This document shows, one piece after another, positions 1 to 10,527 of a stretch of DNA of 64,000 nt. Positions within the stretch are counted from its first letter, which is position 1. Each line of letters starts with the position of its first letter. The position numbers were made by a program, and so were the translations under genes. The notes beneath the pieces were generated by a model. The model did no database searches. It was not told the origin of the DNA and saw nothing but the letters and a program-made list of their open reading frames with translations. The stretch is from an uncultured Desulfarculus sp. (GTDB lineage Bacteria > Desulfobacterota > Desulfarculia > Desulfarculales > Desulfarculaceae): NCBI GenBank assembly GCA_963665125.2, contig CAXXUK010000002.1:1056001-1120000 (forward strand). The letters are read 5' to 3'.

Positions 1-404
1 GCGGTATTGCCGGCCTGGTTTGCATCATTGTTGAGAACCATCAGATGATAACGCAGGCCCTCAACCTGGTAGGCGACTTTGGATATGATAAGCCCACGCA
101 CCAGATAACCGACCGCATATTCCTTGTCAGCCTCAATTTTTTCGAGGTCAATCACCTTTAGCACTTGGTCGACGACTTCCTTGACCAGTTTATGGATTTT
201 GATCTGCTCATTGGTCAGAGGCGTATTGGGAGACGCTCCCCACACCGCGGGTACGATATAGGTGATTTCATTGGCCAGAAGCGTGGTGCGGTAGTCGCGC
301 AGGATGCGCGTGCACAGGTTTTCCATCAGCGGTTCGATGACCTTGGCTCTGCTGATCAATTCTTCGGCCGTAAGGGGCTTTTTTTTCCGATTGAAAAGCC
401 TCAT
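1..404 (-). CDS. Hypothetical protein, runs off window edge (MRLFNRKKKPLTAEELISRAKVIEPLMENLC...)
   Basis: Manual translation: open frame from ATG at 404 to position 1, purine-rich RBS (GGAAAGGGG) upstream; absent from ORF track because no stop in window. Confidence 0.75.
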   Translation of the reverse strand, partial: MRLFNRKKKPLTAEELISRAKVIEPLMENLCTRILRDYRTTLLANEITYIVPAVWGASPNTPLTNEQIKIHKLVKEVVDQVLKVIDLEKIEADKEYAVGYLVRGLIISKVAYQVEGLRYHLMVLNNDANQAGNT

Positions 405-548
405 GATGCAACCCCTTTCCGCAACGAATCGCAATGTTGATGAGAATCGCGGTTGCGGAGTGTTGGTTATACAGATAATTCCTATCCAACAAAAATTATA
501 TCAGTAATGGGGTATTTGACCATACGATAATGTTTGTTAAAAAGTGAT

Positions 549-1112
549 TTAGTCTGATTTTATTACTAATCCCACAAGGTTATATCTTGTGCGGAAAGTT
601 TCCATTGCTTGTAATGCTTGTGATTTCGAGATGTAAGGCCCCACTCTGACCCTGTGGCGCGTGCCCAGACCTCCGACCTTGGTCTCCACGGTCTGAGCGG
701 GGTGGCCAGCCGCGCTGAGCTTTTTTTGCAGGTCTTGGGCCTGGTCCTTCAGCTTGAACGACGCCACCTGGACATAATATCCGTTTCCGGAGTCGGCGGA
801 GGATTTGTCAGGCTGTGCCGACGGTGCCGGGGGCGGCGCCGTCTTGCCGTTTTGTAGGTTTTCGAAAGAGGTCATATCCAATCGGGACGAGACAAGGGGC
901 TGTTCGATCTGCTCCTTGGCCGTCAGGTCGGCCAGACCCGTAGTCTCCATAAACCACTGAATTTGTTCCGGCGAGGCGATTACGCCCTGGCCCACCAAAA
1001 TGCCCAGCACAAAGGCCCATACCACCAATACGGCGCAGAGCAGCCAGCGCGACCACCCGGGCAAGGGGGGGCGCTGGGATGCTTTGCGGCGCTGGCTTTT
1101 GGATGGGGCCAT
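549..1112 (-). CDS. SPOR-domain cell division protein (FtsN/DedD-like)
   Basis: N-terminal TM helix, Pro-rich linker, YYVQVASF...HRVRVGPY SPOR motif; downstream of argS. Confidence 0.9.
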   Translation of the reverse strand: MAPSKSQRRKASQRPPLPGWSRWLLCAVLVVWAFVLGILVGQGVIASPEQIQWFMETTGLADLTAKEQIEQPLVSSRLDMTSFENLQNGKTAPPPAPSAQPDKSSADSGNGYYVQVASFKLKDQAQDLQKKLSAAGHPAQTVETKVGGLGTRHRVRVGPYISKSQALQAMETFRTRYNLVGLVIKSD

Positions 1113-1121
1113 ATGACTTCG

Positions 1122-2786
1122 CTACATCGACTCCGGCGCGGACACTCCCAACAGGCCCAGGCCGTTGCGCAGGACCTGGCCCACGGCCATGGCCACGCAG
1201 AGGCGGGCGGCGCTCAGGGCCAAGTCGTCCACCAGGATATGGGTTTCATTGTAATAGCTGTGGAACATGCCGGCCAACTCCCGCAGGAAGTAGGTTATGC
1301 GGTGCGGTTCCAGGGCCTCGGCCGCCCCCTGAAGCGTTTCCGGGTAGCGGGCCATCTGTTTGATCATGTCCACTTCGCCCTGGCTAAGGACCGAAAGATC
1401 GGCCTTGGCCGGGTCCGGCGGGGCCACGCCCGCCTCATTGGCCTTGCGCATCACGCTGGCGACCCTGGTGTGGGCATACTGCACGTAGAACACCGGGTTG
1501 TCCATGCTCTTTTGCTTGGCAACTTCCAGGTCGAAATCGAGCTGGGCGTCGGAGCGGCGGGTCAGGAAAATGAAGCGCGCCGCGTCCGGGCCGACCTCAT
1601 CGATGACCTCCCGCAGGGTCACGAATTCGCCGGCCCTGGTGCTCATGGCCACGGGCTGGCCGCCCCGCAAAAGGTTGACCATCTGGACCAGCACCACGGT
1701 GAGGTCCTCGGGGCTGCGGCCCAAACCTTCCACGGCGGCCTTGAGCCGGGGAACGTAACCATGGTGGTCGGCGCCCCAGACGTCGACGACCTTGCCGAAA
1801 CCCCGGCGGAATTTGTCCAGGTGATAGGCAATGTCTGAGGCAAAGTAGGTCAGTTCGCCGTTGGAGCGGCGTACCACCCGGTCCTTGTCGTCGCCGAAAT
1901 CCGTGGAGCGGAACCACAGCGCGCCCTCGGACTCGAAGAGCATGCCCCTGGCCTGCAATTCATCAAGGGCGGCCTGGACCTTGCCCTTTGTAAACAGAGA
2001 GCGTTCGCTGAACCAGTTGTCGATGCCCACGCTGAACACATTCAGGTCGTCGCGGATGCCGCCCAATATCTTGCCCCCGGCCCACTTGGCGGCCAGGGCC
2101 ACGGCCTCGTCCTCGGGCAGGTCCAGCAGACCCGCGCCCTCGTCGGTGGCCAGGAACTCGCCGGCCAGGTCGCTGATGTACTGGCCCATGTAATGTTTTT
2201 GGGGAAATTCTTCATCCGAGCCGCGAAGCTGGCGGGCCCGGATCAGCACCGAGCGGCCCAGGGTGTTCATCTGGTTGCCCGCGTCGTTGATGTAGTATTC
2301 GCGTTCCACGGCGTAGCCGGCGGCGTTCAACAGGCGGGCCAGGACATCGCCCAGGGCCGCGCCCCGGCCGTGGCCCACGTGCAGCGGGCCGGTGGGGTTG
2401 GCGCTGACAAACTCCACCTGGGCCTTCTTGCCGCCGCCCCACTGGCCCCGGCCATAGTTTTCCGCCCCGGCCACGATTTCGGGCACCAGGGCCAGCCAGG
2501 CGCCTTGGCGGATAAACAGGTTGATGAAGCCGGGACCGGCGATCTCGGCCTTTTCCACAAGCCCGCCAGCGTCGCCCAAGTGCTTGACCAGCACCTCGGC
2601 TATGGCCCTGGGGTTCATGCGGCAGGGCTTGGCCAGGATCATGGCCAGGTTTATGGCCAAATCGCCGTGATCGGCCTGCTTGGGCGATTCAATGGCGAAT
2701 ACGGGGCATTCCACCTCGGGTAGGTCGCCGGCCTGGCCGGCCGCGGCCAGGGCCTTGGTAATGGCTTGGCGAAACTTATCCTTCAT
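1122..2786 (-). CDS. argS: Arginine--tRNA ligase
   Basis: VEFVSANPTGPLHVGHGRGA (HIGH), WGADHHGY, MSTRAG, YVQYAH; ATG at 2786 preferred over GTG at 2798. Confidence 0.97.
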   Translation of the reverse strand: MKDKFRQAITKALAAAGQAGDLPEVECPVFAIESPKQADHGDLAINLAMILAKPCRMNPRAIAEVLVKHLGDAGGLVEKAEIAGPGFINLFIRQGAWLALVPEIVAGAENYGRGQWGGGKKAQVEFVSANPTGPLHVGHGRGAALGDVLARLLNAAGYAVEREYYINDAGNQMNTLGRSVLIRARQLRGSDEEFPQKHYMGQYISDLAGEFLATDEGAGLLDLPEDEAVALAAKWAGGKILGGIRDDLNVFSVGIDNWFSERSLFTKGKVQAALDELQARGMLFESEGALWFRSTDFGDDKDRVVRRSNGELTYFASDIAYHLDKFRRGFGKVVDVWGADHHGYVPRLKAAVEGLGRSPEDLTVVLVQMVNLLRGGQPVAMSTRAGEFVTLREVIDEVGPDAARFIFLTRRSDAQLDFDLEVAKQKSMDNPVFYVQYAHTRVASVMRKANEAGVAPPDPAKADLSVLSQGEVDMIKQMARYPETLQGAAEALEPHRITYFLRELAGMFHSYYNETHILVDDLALSAARLCVAMAVGQVLRNGLGLLGVSAPESM

Positions 2787-2952
2787 TTCTGCTTTCACTC
2801 TCGGCGGGTATGGTCATGTCCCTGGCATAGTCCGGGCATTTGGCAAAGCCGCCTTGTTCAAACGAATATTTTTTTTTGCAGTCGGCCCGCCAGGCGCAGA
2901 CCGAGCACAGGGTTTTGGTCTCGGAACCAATGGGCGGTTTGGTTTGGGCCAT
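2776..2952 (-). CDS. Small Cys-rich protein, 58 aa (MAQTKPPIGSETKTLCSVCAWRADCKKKYSFEQGGFAKCPDYARDMTIPAESESRNEG)
   Basis: Manual translation; GGAG RBS, CxxC-x5-C-x13-C, stop overlaps argS start; below ORF-track cutoff. Confidence 0.8.
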   Translation of the reverse strand: MAQTKPPIGSETKTLCSVCAWRADCKKKYSFEQGGFAKCPDYARDMTIPAESESRNEG

Positions 2953-3030
2953 TTTTATCTGCTCCGTGAAAAGGGCCGGGCTTACATTTGGAAAGTACAG
3001 CGAAGAAGTTACCCCGGCCTTGGCCGCCGG

Positions 3031-4176
3031 TCAAGCGGGCTGGTACTGCTGCTTGTTTGACGCGCCCAATCGGCAGAGAATTTCGTAGGGGATCGTATCG
3101 GCCCAGGTTGCCAGTTCATCGGGCGTAATTTCGTCGTTGTCCTGGCGGCCCAACAGCACAACCTCGTCGCCGGGCCGGGGCAGGGGCTCGAAGTTTCCCA
3201 GGTCCAAAACAGTCAGGTTCATGCACACCCGGCCCACCACCGGGGCCCTGCCGCCGTGGACCAGCATGCTGGCCTTGTTGGAGGCCGAGCGGGGATAGCC
3301 GTCGCCGTAGCCTGCGGCCACCACGCCAAGCCAGGTATTTTCCGGGGCTGTCCAGGTGCAGCCGTAGGACACCGGAGTGCCCTTGCCCACGGGCTTGACC
3401 AACAATAGCGAACTGGAAAAACGCATGGCTCCCTTTATAGGGGCCATGTCGGACGTGGCTTGGTCTGGGTGTCCGCCGTAAAGAGCGATGCCCACCCTGG
3501 CGATAAACGGCGCTCCGGGCATGCCCGGCGGAGGAGCGATGGCCCCGCCGCTGTTGCTGAGGCTGGAGTCGGGAAGTTCGATGCCCTCCCTGGCGGCCTG
3601 GGCAATGACATCGCTGAACACGCGGGCCTGTTTTTCGGCGTGGGTCTTGTCCGCCTCGCCGCCAGTGGCCAGATGACTGACGATGCCTCGGATCTGCACG
3701 CCGTCCAGCCGGGACGAGCGCCTGAGAAGCTGCATGACGTCGCCGGGGGACAGCCCCAAACGGCCCATGCCCGAGTCCAGTTTGATGTGGCATTGGGCCT
3801 TGAGCCCCAGGGACTTGGCGGCACCTGACAGGGCCTCGATCAGTTCAAAATCTTGGAGAACCGGGGTCAGACGCAGGCGGGCCGCCTTGGCGGCCTGGTC
3901 CTCGACCATGCCCAGCAGCAGGATAATGGGCCCGGCCAGGCCTTCCCTACGCAGTATGGCTCCCTCTTCGGCGTGGGCCACGGCCAGAAATTCGGCCCCG
4001 GCCTCTTTTAATTTTCGGGCAACGGGGACCATGCCGTGACCATAAGCATCAGATTTGACCACGCCGGCGACCCTGACGCCCTTGGGCAGACATCCGCGAA
4101 CCGTCTGGAGATTTTCCGCGATGGTATCGAGGTCGATATTCAACAGGTTATGGGGGCCGGGTACGGGGTTAGGCAC
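3031..4176 (-). CDS. alr: Alanine racemase
   Basis: VVKSDAYGHG PLP lysine, HIKLDSGMGRLG, GYGDGY, GRVCMN; GTG start at 4176 after GGAGG. Confidence 0.95.
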   Translation of the reverse strand: MPNPVPGPHNLLNIDLDTIAENLQTVRGCLPKGVRVAGVVKSDAYGHGMVPVARKLKEAGAEFLAVAHAEEGAILRREGLAGPIILLLGMVEDQAAKAARLRLTPVLQDFELIEALSGAAKSLGLKAQCHIKLDSGMGRLGLSPGDVMQLLRRSSRLDGVQIRGIVSHLATGGEADKTHAEKQARVFSDVIAQAAREGIELPDSSLSNSGGAIAPPPGMPGAPFIARVGIALYGGHPDQATSDMAPIKGAMRFSSSLLLVKPVGKGTPVSYGCTWTAPENTWLGVVAAGYGDGYPRSASNKASMLVHGGRAPVVGRVCMNLTVLDLGNFEPLPRPGDEVVLLGRQDNDEITPDELATWADTIPYEILCRLGASNKQQYQPA

Positions 4177-4321
4177 TACATGATCCTCCAACGCTTTTCT
4201 ATACCAACCAGGTTCCAATGACAAGAGAAGCTTCACAAGTGCCGCAATGCAAGGCGGTTGAGGCGCGCGGGGCAACAACACTCTTTACATTCGGCGTCTG
4301 GGATATAATATTAGCGGGCAC

Positions 4322-4398
<77 letters not shown>

Positions 4399-4409
4399 TT
4401 AACATCAAG

Positions 4410-4655
4410 GGGATAGGCTTGGTTGTTCTCGACCTGGGCATGCCTGGAATGGGCGGACACAAATGCCTGAAAGAAATACTAGTGATCAACCCCCGGGCCA
4501 AAGTGGTCGTCGCCAGCGGTTACACCACCGACGGCCAAGACCGGCAGCCCCTGTTAGCCGGAGCGGCGGCCTTCGTTGGCAAGCCATATAGGATGAACGA
4601 ATTGCTGGAGACGGTAAGGGAGGTGCTTGATAAAAACGAGCATCGCCCGAATTGA
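4410..4655 (+). pseudogene. 5'-truncated receiver (REC) domain, hybrid-kinase C-terminal type
   Basis: LVVLDLGMPGMGG...VVVASGY...FVGKPY; lacks N-terminal acidic-pocket strand; no room for a start between tRNA and fragment. Confidence 0.75.
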
Positions 4656-4980
4656 TTTTCAATGGGCGCGAACCTGTACAACCCATCGGTTACTCCTGTG
4701 ATATTGGCCAAGTATATCAATAAGATCAGTATTGAGGTTGATCCCTAGACGGCAGATTGATCCGGCTTGTCACTGCCTCCCATTGCTTGATCCGGCCCAG
4801 TCCATGGGCCACTGGAATACGCTAGTAAATTGTTTAAAGGAGTTGTTCTGTTACATCACAGAAGAGCCAGAATGAATCCACCAGGCGGTACTATTCGCCG
4901 GAAATCAAGCTCGAGGCCCTGGGCTTGGCTGAGCAGGTTGGCGTGGCCGGGTCCCGCGGACCGAGATGTTGCCGCTTCTA

Positions 4981-5652
4981 TTAGTCGCCGCCGGTTTCTT
5001 TCTCCACGTCCAGATGAAAATTTGCGTCTTTCAGGGAAGACTCAAGAGATCCGAGTATTTCAGTAAAGCTCTCCCGCATCTCCTCAAGGGGCACGTCGTC
5101 GTAGTCTCCCCGGAAGTGAAGGTATTCCATGTGACGATGGCCGTCGAGGTCCCAAGAATGGAAGATGGAGTCTTCCAGACCGTTAAACTCGAGGGGCTTT
5201 AAACGAAACTTTTCGCACAGTTCAATGTTGAAGGCTGGTGTGGCTTTGACCCATTTTCTGTTCAGGTAGATGCTGGTGTAGCCGTGCCAATGAAATATGT
5301 CCGTCTTCATTTTTTCCCGCAGGCGCTCGGTCGACAGGTGGTTGCGGACGTCAGCGTATCCCACCTGGGTAGGTATGCCCAACACCCGGCAGCAGGCCGC
5401 CAGGAGCGCGGCCTTGGGCACGCACCAGGATTCCCCGACTTTCAATGTGGTGGAAGCCTTGAGGCCCTCGACAGTAAGGTCGAACTGGTAGGGATTGTAT
5501 CTGATTCCGTCACGGACCGCATAATAGAGGCTGACCGCCTGATCCGTTTGATTGGAGGAATTGCCGGCATGCTGAATGGCGAATTTTCGAACTGCTTCAT
5601 GGTCGGAATCTATAATGGTGGTGGATCCCAGATGCTCGGGCCTTGGTTCCAT
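4981..5652 (-). CDS. Transglutaminase-like domain protein
   Basis: YYAVRDGIRYNPY, WCVPKA catalytic Cys, WHGY, WVKATPAF. Confidence 0.88.
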   Translation of the reverse strand: MEPRPEHLGSTTIIDSDHEAVRKFAIQHAGNSSNQTDQAVSLYYAVRDGIRYNPYQFDLTVEGLKASTTLKVGESWCVPKAALLAACCRVLGIPTQVGYADVRNHLSTERLREKMKTDIFHWHGYTSIYLNRKWVKATPAFNIELCEKFRLKPLEFNGLEDSIFHSWDLDGHRHMEYLHFRGDYDDVPLEEMRESFTEILGSLESSLKDANFHLDVEKETGGD

Positions 5653-6073
5653 GAAAACACTCCTGGCTCATGAGATTTTTCAGCGGCGCCGGGTTTCGGT
5701 AGTTGCAATCCCTTGCTCCGAGTACGAAGCGGTGATGCGCAGTGTAGCATAAGATGGCTTATATTGTTAGTTCGGGGTGTTGGGCGATAAAACGCCAATA
5801 TCTTAAAATTTGGGATTTTTGCTATGCTCATGCTGTTTTCAAACAATAACGGCCAGAAACCTACCCCCTAAATTATGGCAACGTGTAAACATCCCTCGTT
5901 CAGCGCCATTGACAAATAGAGATTGCAGGGTCGTTGAGCCTCACTCCCAGGCTGCCTTTTCCCAGCACCGCGTCTACCAATGCCCCACCAGGCTTGAATC
6001 ACCGTTATTAATAGAAAAAGAGCCAAGCATAACGCTTGGCTCCTGGTTCTTATAATGTAATGTTTTTTAGCGC

Positions 6074-6919
6074 TTATTCGACTTCGCCCCAGGCCTTGGC
6101 GCTGCGGTTGACCTTTTTGCGCACCTCGTGCCAAGCGCCGTCCACGTTAAACATGGATTCCGGAAGGGCCGCCAACATCTTTTTGTATAGCGACAGGGGC
6201 ACGGTAAACGTCAACTCATCTGTTTTCATGAACTTTCTTGCCGAGGGGTCGAAACCTCCCAATACTGCTTTTTCCTGGCCCTTTTGCTGGTAATACAGCG
6301 GCCAGGCGATCATGTTTGTACAGCCTGCGCCAAAGGGAACGGCCACTACGTTAACATCGCCGGTGGTGAAGGCGGTATGGGTGAACAACCCGGTGAGCAC
6401 CTCGGGCCTGGCGAAAAAGATGATAAATTCTGGTTCTTCGCCATCCTCGAACAGGGACAGGGGTTTGAATAGACAGTATTTGCCCGGAGCCGGGCGCGGA
6501 TCGACCTCGGCCAGGAATTTTTGCATGGACTCGGGGGAGGGCATGTAGCGCTCGCCATGGACGGGACTGCCCGGGATGCCCGTGCTCACGTAATACTCAA
6601 TGAAGCGCAGGTTGGGCTTCATCATGGAGCAATAATACACGCCTCCGAGGCAGCCCCACTCCTGGGAGGATATAAAGGCCGCGCGGCGCTTTTTTCGCGC
6701 CAACCAGACGTTGCCCATCACGCAGGAAAAGTTCTTGAAAACCTCCTGCATGTCAACCTTGCCTTGTTCTTCCAACTCCCGGGAGGCCTCGGGGCCCGGC
6801 TTTGGCCCAAATGCGTTTTCCGGCTTGGTGTCGGAGTAGTAAACTCCAAAGGGCTCTTCGTCCAATCCGAGGTATTCCAAAAACTTTTTGGTGTCGTCTA
6901 GTATCGCTTGCATTGCCAT
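6074..6919 (-). CDS. DUF169-family protein
   Basis: EPFGVYY, CVMG, GCLGG, PFGAGC, GGFDPSAR pattern. Confidence 0.75.
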   Translation of the reverse strand: MAMQAILDDTKKFLEYLGLDEEPFGVYYSDTKPENAFGPKPGPEASRELEEQGKVDMQEVFKNFSCVMGNVWLARKKRRAAFISSQEWGCLGGVYYCSMMKPNLRFIEYYVSTGIPGSPVHGERYMPSPESMQKFLAEVDPRPAPGKYCLFKPLSLFEDGEEPEFIIFFARPEVLTGLFTHTAFTTGDVNVVAVPFGAGCTNMIAWPLYYQQKGQEKAVLGGFDPSARKFMKTDELTFTVPLSLYKKMLAALPESMFNVDGAWHEVRKKVNRSAKAWGEVE

Positions 6920-7124
6920 GGGCTTTTCCCTTTCTTGTAGGTTGCCTTGGTCTTTATTAAAAATTTGGCAATCTGTATTTTTGTAAGGCGGTTTTTACGA
7001 GACACATGCCGCACTTGTCAGGTCAGGCTCCGCAGCCCCGGCGCGAATTGCGGACTATGCGAAATATTTCCATAATATTGTCCCCTTGAAGTAGTGCGAA
7101 CAACAAATGCGCAAACTCGTAAAC

Positions 7125-7571
7125 CTAGTAGATGGATTCACCCAAATTACCTATCAACCGGGTTAATAATGTCTGGCACAACAATCGTTCTTCTTGGCTC
7201 ATACCGCGTTGGGCCTCTTCCAATACTGACCTGGCGATGACAGCGCAACGCTGGACAGCCTCCAGGGCCTTCGGTGTAGGAGTGAGCAGTTTTTTCCGGC
7301 TGTCACCCTTGAGCTTGGTCCGCATGATCCAGCCATGGCGCTCCAACCGGTTGGCAAGGCGGCTTGTACTGGATTTTTCCAGGCACAACCGTTCGCCGAC
7401 ATGGCCCTGAGTCATGCCGTCGCCGTCAAGCAAAACCAGCAGGGCGCCCCATTGCTCGGCGGTCATGTCGATACCGGCTTCTTGGAACCGCTTGCCCAGG
7501 GTGCTGCTAAGCAAACGGCTGGCCAGCCCGGTCAGGTATCCCAGTGATTTTTTTCGGTCATAGGTAAACAT
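7125..7571 (-). CDS. MarR-family transcriptional regulator
   Basis: TAEQWGAL, LERHGWI, DSRKK winged helix. Confidence 0.92.
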   Translation of the reverse strand: MFTYDRKKSLGYLTGLASRLLSSTLGKRFQEAGIDMTAEQWGALLVLLDGDGMTQGHVGERLCLEKSSTSRLANRLERHGWIMRTKLKGDSRKKLLTPTPKALEAVQRCAVIARSVLEEAQRGMSQEERLLCQTLLTRLIGNLGESIY

Positions 7572-7577
7572 GATATA

Positions 7578-7597
7578 TTAGTTGTACGTGCAACTAA
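7578..7597. promoter_or_regulatory. Probable MarR operator TTAGTTGTACGTGCAACTAA overlapping the marR -10 (TTGACC-N17-TACAAC on minus strand)
   Basis: Near-perfect 20-bp palindrome 6 bp from the ATG; degenerate copy at ~7089-7107 upstream of the DUF169 gene. Confidence 0.7.
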
Positions 7598-8083
7598 ATG
7601 TCTGGTCAATAAACATTCGGGAATTTATAGGGAAAAGCTAGTCTTTAGTCCGGATGCTGTTCGCGGTATCTCAAGCCAGAGGCAGTTGTTTTGGACGAGC
7701 AGGTGGGGGAGGTGGACTCCTTCTCCAACGCCAAAAAATAGACCAGCCAGAAAACGGGCAGGTGAGACTTTTTTAAACGGCGGTTGTAAGGTGGCTGTTT
7801 TTTTTACGTCAAAGCACTTGGAGCTGGCAACTTGAACAAGGGCTCCGACCGTATGGCAGAAAGTGCTTTACCTGCAAAAGGGATTTGGCTATTTAATAAA
7901 GAGTATTAAATAAAAATACTTCGTCAAACAGTAAATTGGCACATAACCGTTGACGGCAAAAATATAATGATCAACGGTGTTTATAAAATAGAAGTCGTTT
8001 AAGCAACGGTGATCCGGCACTGCCCCGTCTGATATCATGCTTAAATTAATAGCAATTTAACCAAAACTGAGAGGGAAGACGCC

Positions 8084-9454
8084 ATGGTTCATCTTCCAGC
8101 TGAGGTAGGGTTTCGCCTTAAATTACGCGTTGTCATCATTTGCATTTTGTGCATCGCGTTATTGGCCCCGGTGGCAACCGCCATTGCCGCCGATGGGCCG
8201 GGCAGAACGGAAGTATCAGGCGCTGAACTGTATCTGAGGAAATTTGAGGGTCATGTAAAACGCATGAACGGCAAGGCGTTCAGCCTGCGTTTTGACGACA
8301 AGGAAGCACTCAAACGCATCAAAAAGCTCAAGGAAACATACCCTGACGACCTGGTGGTCGAAGCGCTTTTCCAGAGGGCGCGCAAGGCGTTGATGGCCAG
8401 CAAGGGTGACTACTTCACCATCACCCCGGCCATGCTGGCCTACCGGGAACAGGAGAAGATACTCCGGGAAAAGATGGACAAAATTGCCCAGGACGCCTGG
8501 CGGGACCTGCTGGCCAAAATGCGCCAAGACCCGGCCATCACCTTCAAGGAGCAAGCCTTCCCCTGCCTGGACCCGGCCAACAGCGACCCGGACAGCGTCA
8601 TCGGCACCTATGTGTTATTGGACGACATCCGTTTTCCGGACAACGAGTTCCGGGACATGGGCGGGCAATATCTGTACATGGGCAGCGGCGCCAAGGGGTT
8701 CTACTACATAAGCCTCTCCAATCGTTCCTGGTTGGGGGCCTACGAGGCCATCAAGCGATACCGCCGCCAGGTTACCCAGGACACCCCCAACCCGTGGCAG
8801 GTGCTGGGCAAGATCTCCAACGTGGTCATGCTGATCCCCGACTCCAGCAAGGAAAAGGCCAAGCCTCCGGCATTCGGCTGGCTTGTGGAGCCGGTGGCTT
8901 TGTATGCACCGGACCGGGTGTTGGCCTTTACCAAACCGGAAAACGAACTGGGTGGTGAATTCCAGGGCGAGGTCGAGCTGGCCGAGATTAAAAAGAGCAT
9001 GTACACCGTCGCAAGCGTGCCTGACGATGTCGAGCCCATGAAATTGGTGGAGATATTCGCCACGTCAATCAAAGAGAAAAACTGGCCGCTATATCTCGAT
9101 TGCATTGATCCCGCCCGGCGGAAGACACCCACCGCCATCAAACGCCTGCAATACTTTTATGAAAACAACCTGGAGCGCTATAGTCGCTGGTATGTGTATG
9201 TGCTGCCGGTCAAGGCCAAGCCCATTCAGGTCATCAAGGGTCAGGTAGTGCAGGAAGGCTCCACTGAAGACTTTTTCCTCAGCGATGAACAAAAAAAGAC
9301 CATAACCGAGCGAACTGAGCAGTTGGTGGAAGAAATGAAGGTGGAAATCCGTACCTATGATGAAAACGGAAAACAGTCGGCAATGCCCAAGGATGTGGTA
9401 CTGCGGCGTTTCGATGGCGGCAGATGGTACATCGCCAGCGGCTATCCCCTCTAG
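8084..9454 (+). CDS. Hypothetical exported protein
   Basis: 456 aa, GAGGG RBS, signal-like N-terminus ending AIA-A; no recognised motif. Confidence 0.8.
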   Translation: MVHLPAEVGFRLKLRVVIICILCIALLAPVATAIAADGPGRTEVSGAELYLRKFEGHVKRMNGKAFSLRFDDKEALKRIKKLKETYPDDLVVEALFQRARKALMASKGDYFTITPAMLAYREQEKILREKMDKIAQDAWRDLLAKMRQDPAITFKEQAFPCLDPANSDPDSVIGTYVLLDDIRFPDNEFRDMGGQYLYMGSGAKGFYYISLSNRSWLGAYEAIKRYRRQVTQDTPNPWQVLGKISNVVMLIPDSSKEKAKPPAFGWLVEPVALYAPDRVLAFTKPENELGGEFQGEVELAEIKKSMYTVASVPDDVEPMKLVEIFATSIKEKNWPLYLDCIDPARRKTPTAIKRLQYFYENNLERYSRWYVYVLPVKAKPIQVIKGQVVQEGSTEDFFLSDEQKKTITERTEQLVEEMKVEIRTYDENGKQSAMPKDVVLRRFDGGRWYIASGYPL

Positions 9455-9483
9455 AAACCGACCAACATACGGAGCTAAATATT

Positions 9484-10485
9484 ATGCGCAATATGCGACT
9501 GATAGGCATGACCGTGCTATTGCTGGCCGGTTTGGCCCTCCCGGCCCAGGCCACGATGGTTTCATTTCCCGACCGCATGACGGTGTGCAATGCGCTGCCC
9601 CCGAATAAAACCGCCCTATTGGCGGGCAATTGCCAGTCTTATTTCACGGTGGCTGACGCGGCGGGCCAAAAAATGGTCGACGAAATGGTCAATATCGTCA
9701 AGGCCAACCAGATCGTCTCACCGGTTGACGGCGTCAATGATTTCCGCTCGGTCAAGGACCAGGTGCTCAAGGCCCTCGACACCTTTCATGAGGCAGCCGT
9801 ATTGGCCAGCAAAACCGAGCATACGTCCCTCAAGGCAAAGATGAATCAGGCGTTCGACCAGGAGCGGGCGGACTTTTACAAGGCCTATGGGGTGTATTTG
9901 AGCATGGCCGAGGTTGGCGTGAAAATTCACAACGATTACCTTGACTTAAGTCAGGAATACGTCTCCATGGTGAAAAAGCGGGAGCAGCTCGTCAAAATGG
10001 CCAAGCAGGTCTCCAAGACTTACCTCTACTTGGCCAGGCTTGCCTCCGAGGCCAAACAAAGACCCCTGAGCCAGGCCCGCCTCAAGGACCTCGAGCCGCA
10101 GGTCAGGGCTATGGTCAACCTCACCAGGGCTATTTATCGGGCAACCGGCCACATGCGCGAAGAATACAAAAAGGTGTTGGTCAACAACAACCCCGAAGGC
10201 CTCAAGGCCGCCTTTGACCAGGCCGGAGCGGAGAAGGCCATGGAAGCGCTTTTCGCCAGCCGCAGCCATTGGGAGCCTTGGTTCTCCAAGATCAAGGCCC
10301 CGCTCAATGAATACGGAATGAAGCCGACCGTTAACAGGTACAACCAGTACAAGAAAAGATACAATGATATCTTCGGCGGTTCCATGGCTGCGGTGGTGGG
10401 CAACCTGCCGCCCTTTAACAAGGACAATCCCGTTGAGGCCATTAAAGCCAGCGTCCAGTGGTACAAGGGACAGGTCGGCCAGTAG
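9484..10485 (+). CDS. Hypothetical exported, largely helical protein
   Basis: Signal peptide MRNMRLIGMTVLLLAGLALPAQA, GGAG RBS, two N-terminal Cys. Confidence 0.8.
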   Translation: MRNMRLIGMTVLLLAGLALPAQATMVSFPDRMTVCNALPPNKTALLAGNCQSYFTVADAAGQKMVDEMVNIVKANQIVSPVDGVNDFRSVKDQVLKALDTFHEAAVLASKTEHTSLKAKMNQAFDQERADFYKAYGVYLSMAEVGVKIHNDYLDLSQEYVSMVKKREQLVKMAKQVSKTYLYLARLASEAKQRPLSQARLKDLEPQVRAMVNLTRAIYRATGHMREEYKKVLVNNNPEGLKAAFDQAGAEKAMEALFASRSHWEPWFSKIKAPLNEYGMKPTVNRYNQYKKRYNDIFGGSMAAVVGNLPPFNKDNPVEAIKASVQWYKGQVGQ

Positions 10486-10527
10486 CAGGCTGGTGGGCTG
10501 CTCCCCGCCGCATGGAAAGAGGGTTCA

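Noticed and set aside
7680..7800. Possible IS end (GACTTTTTTAAACGGC)
   Set aside because: No partner IR or transposase fragment recognisable
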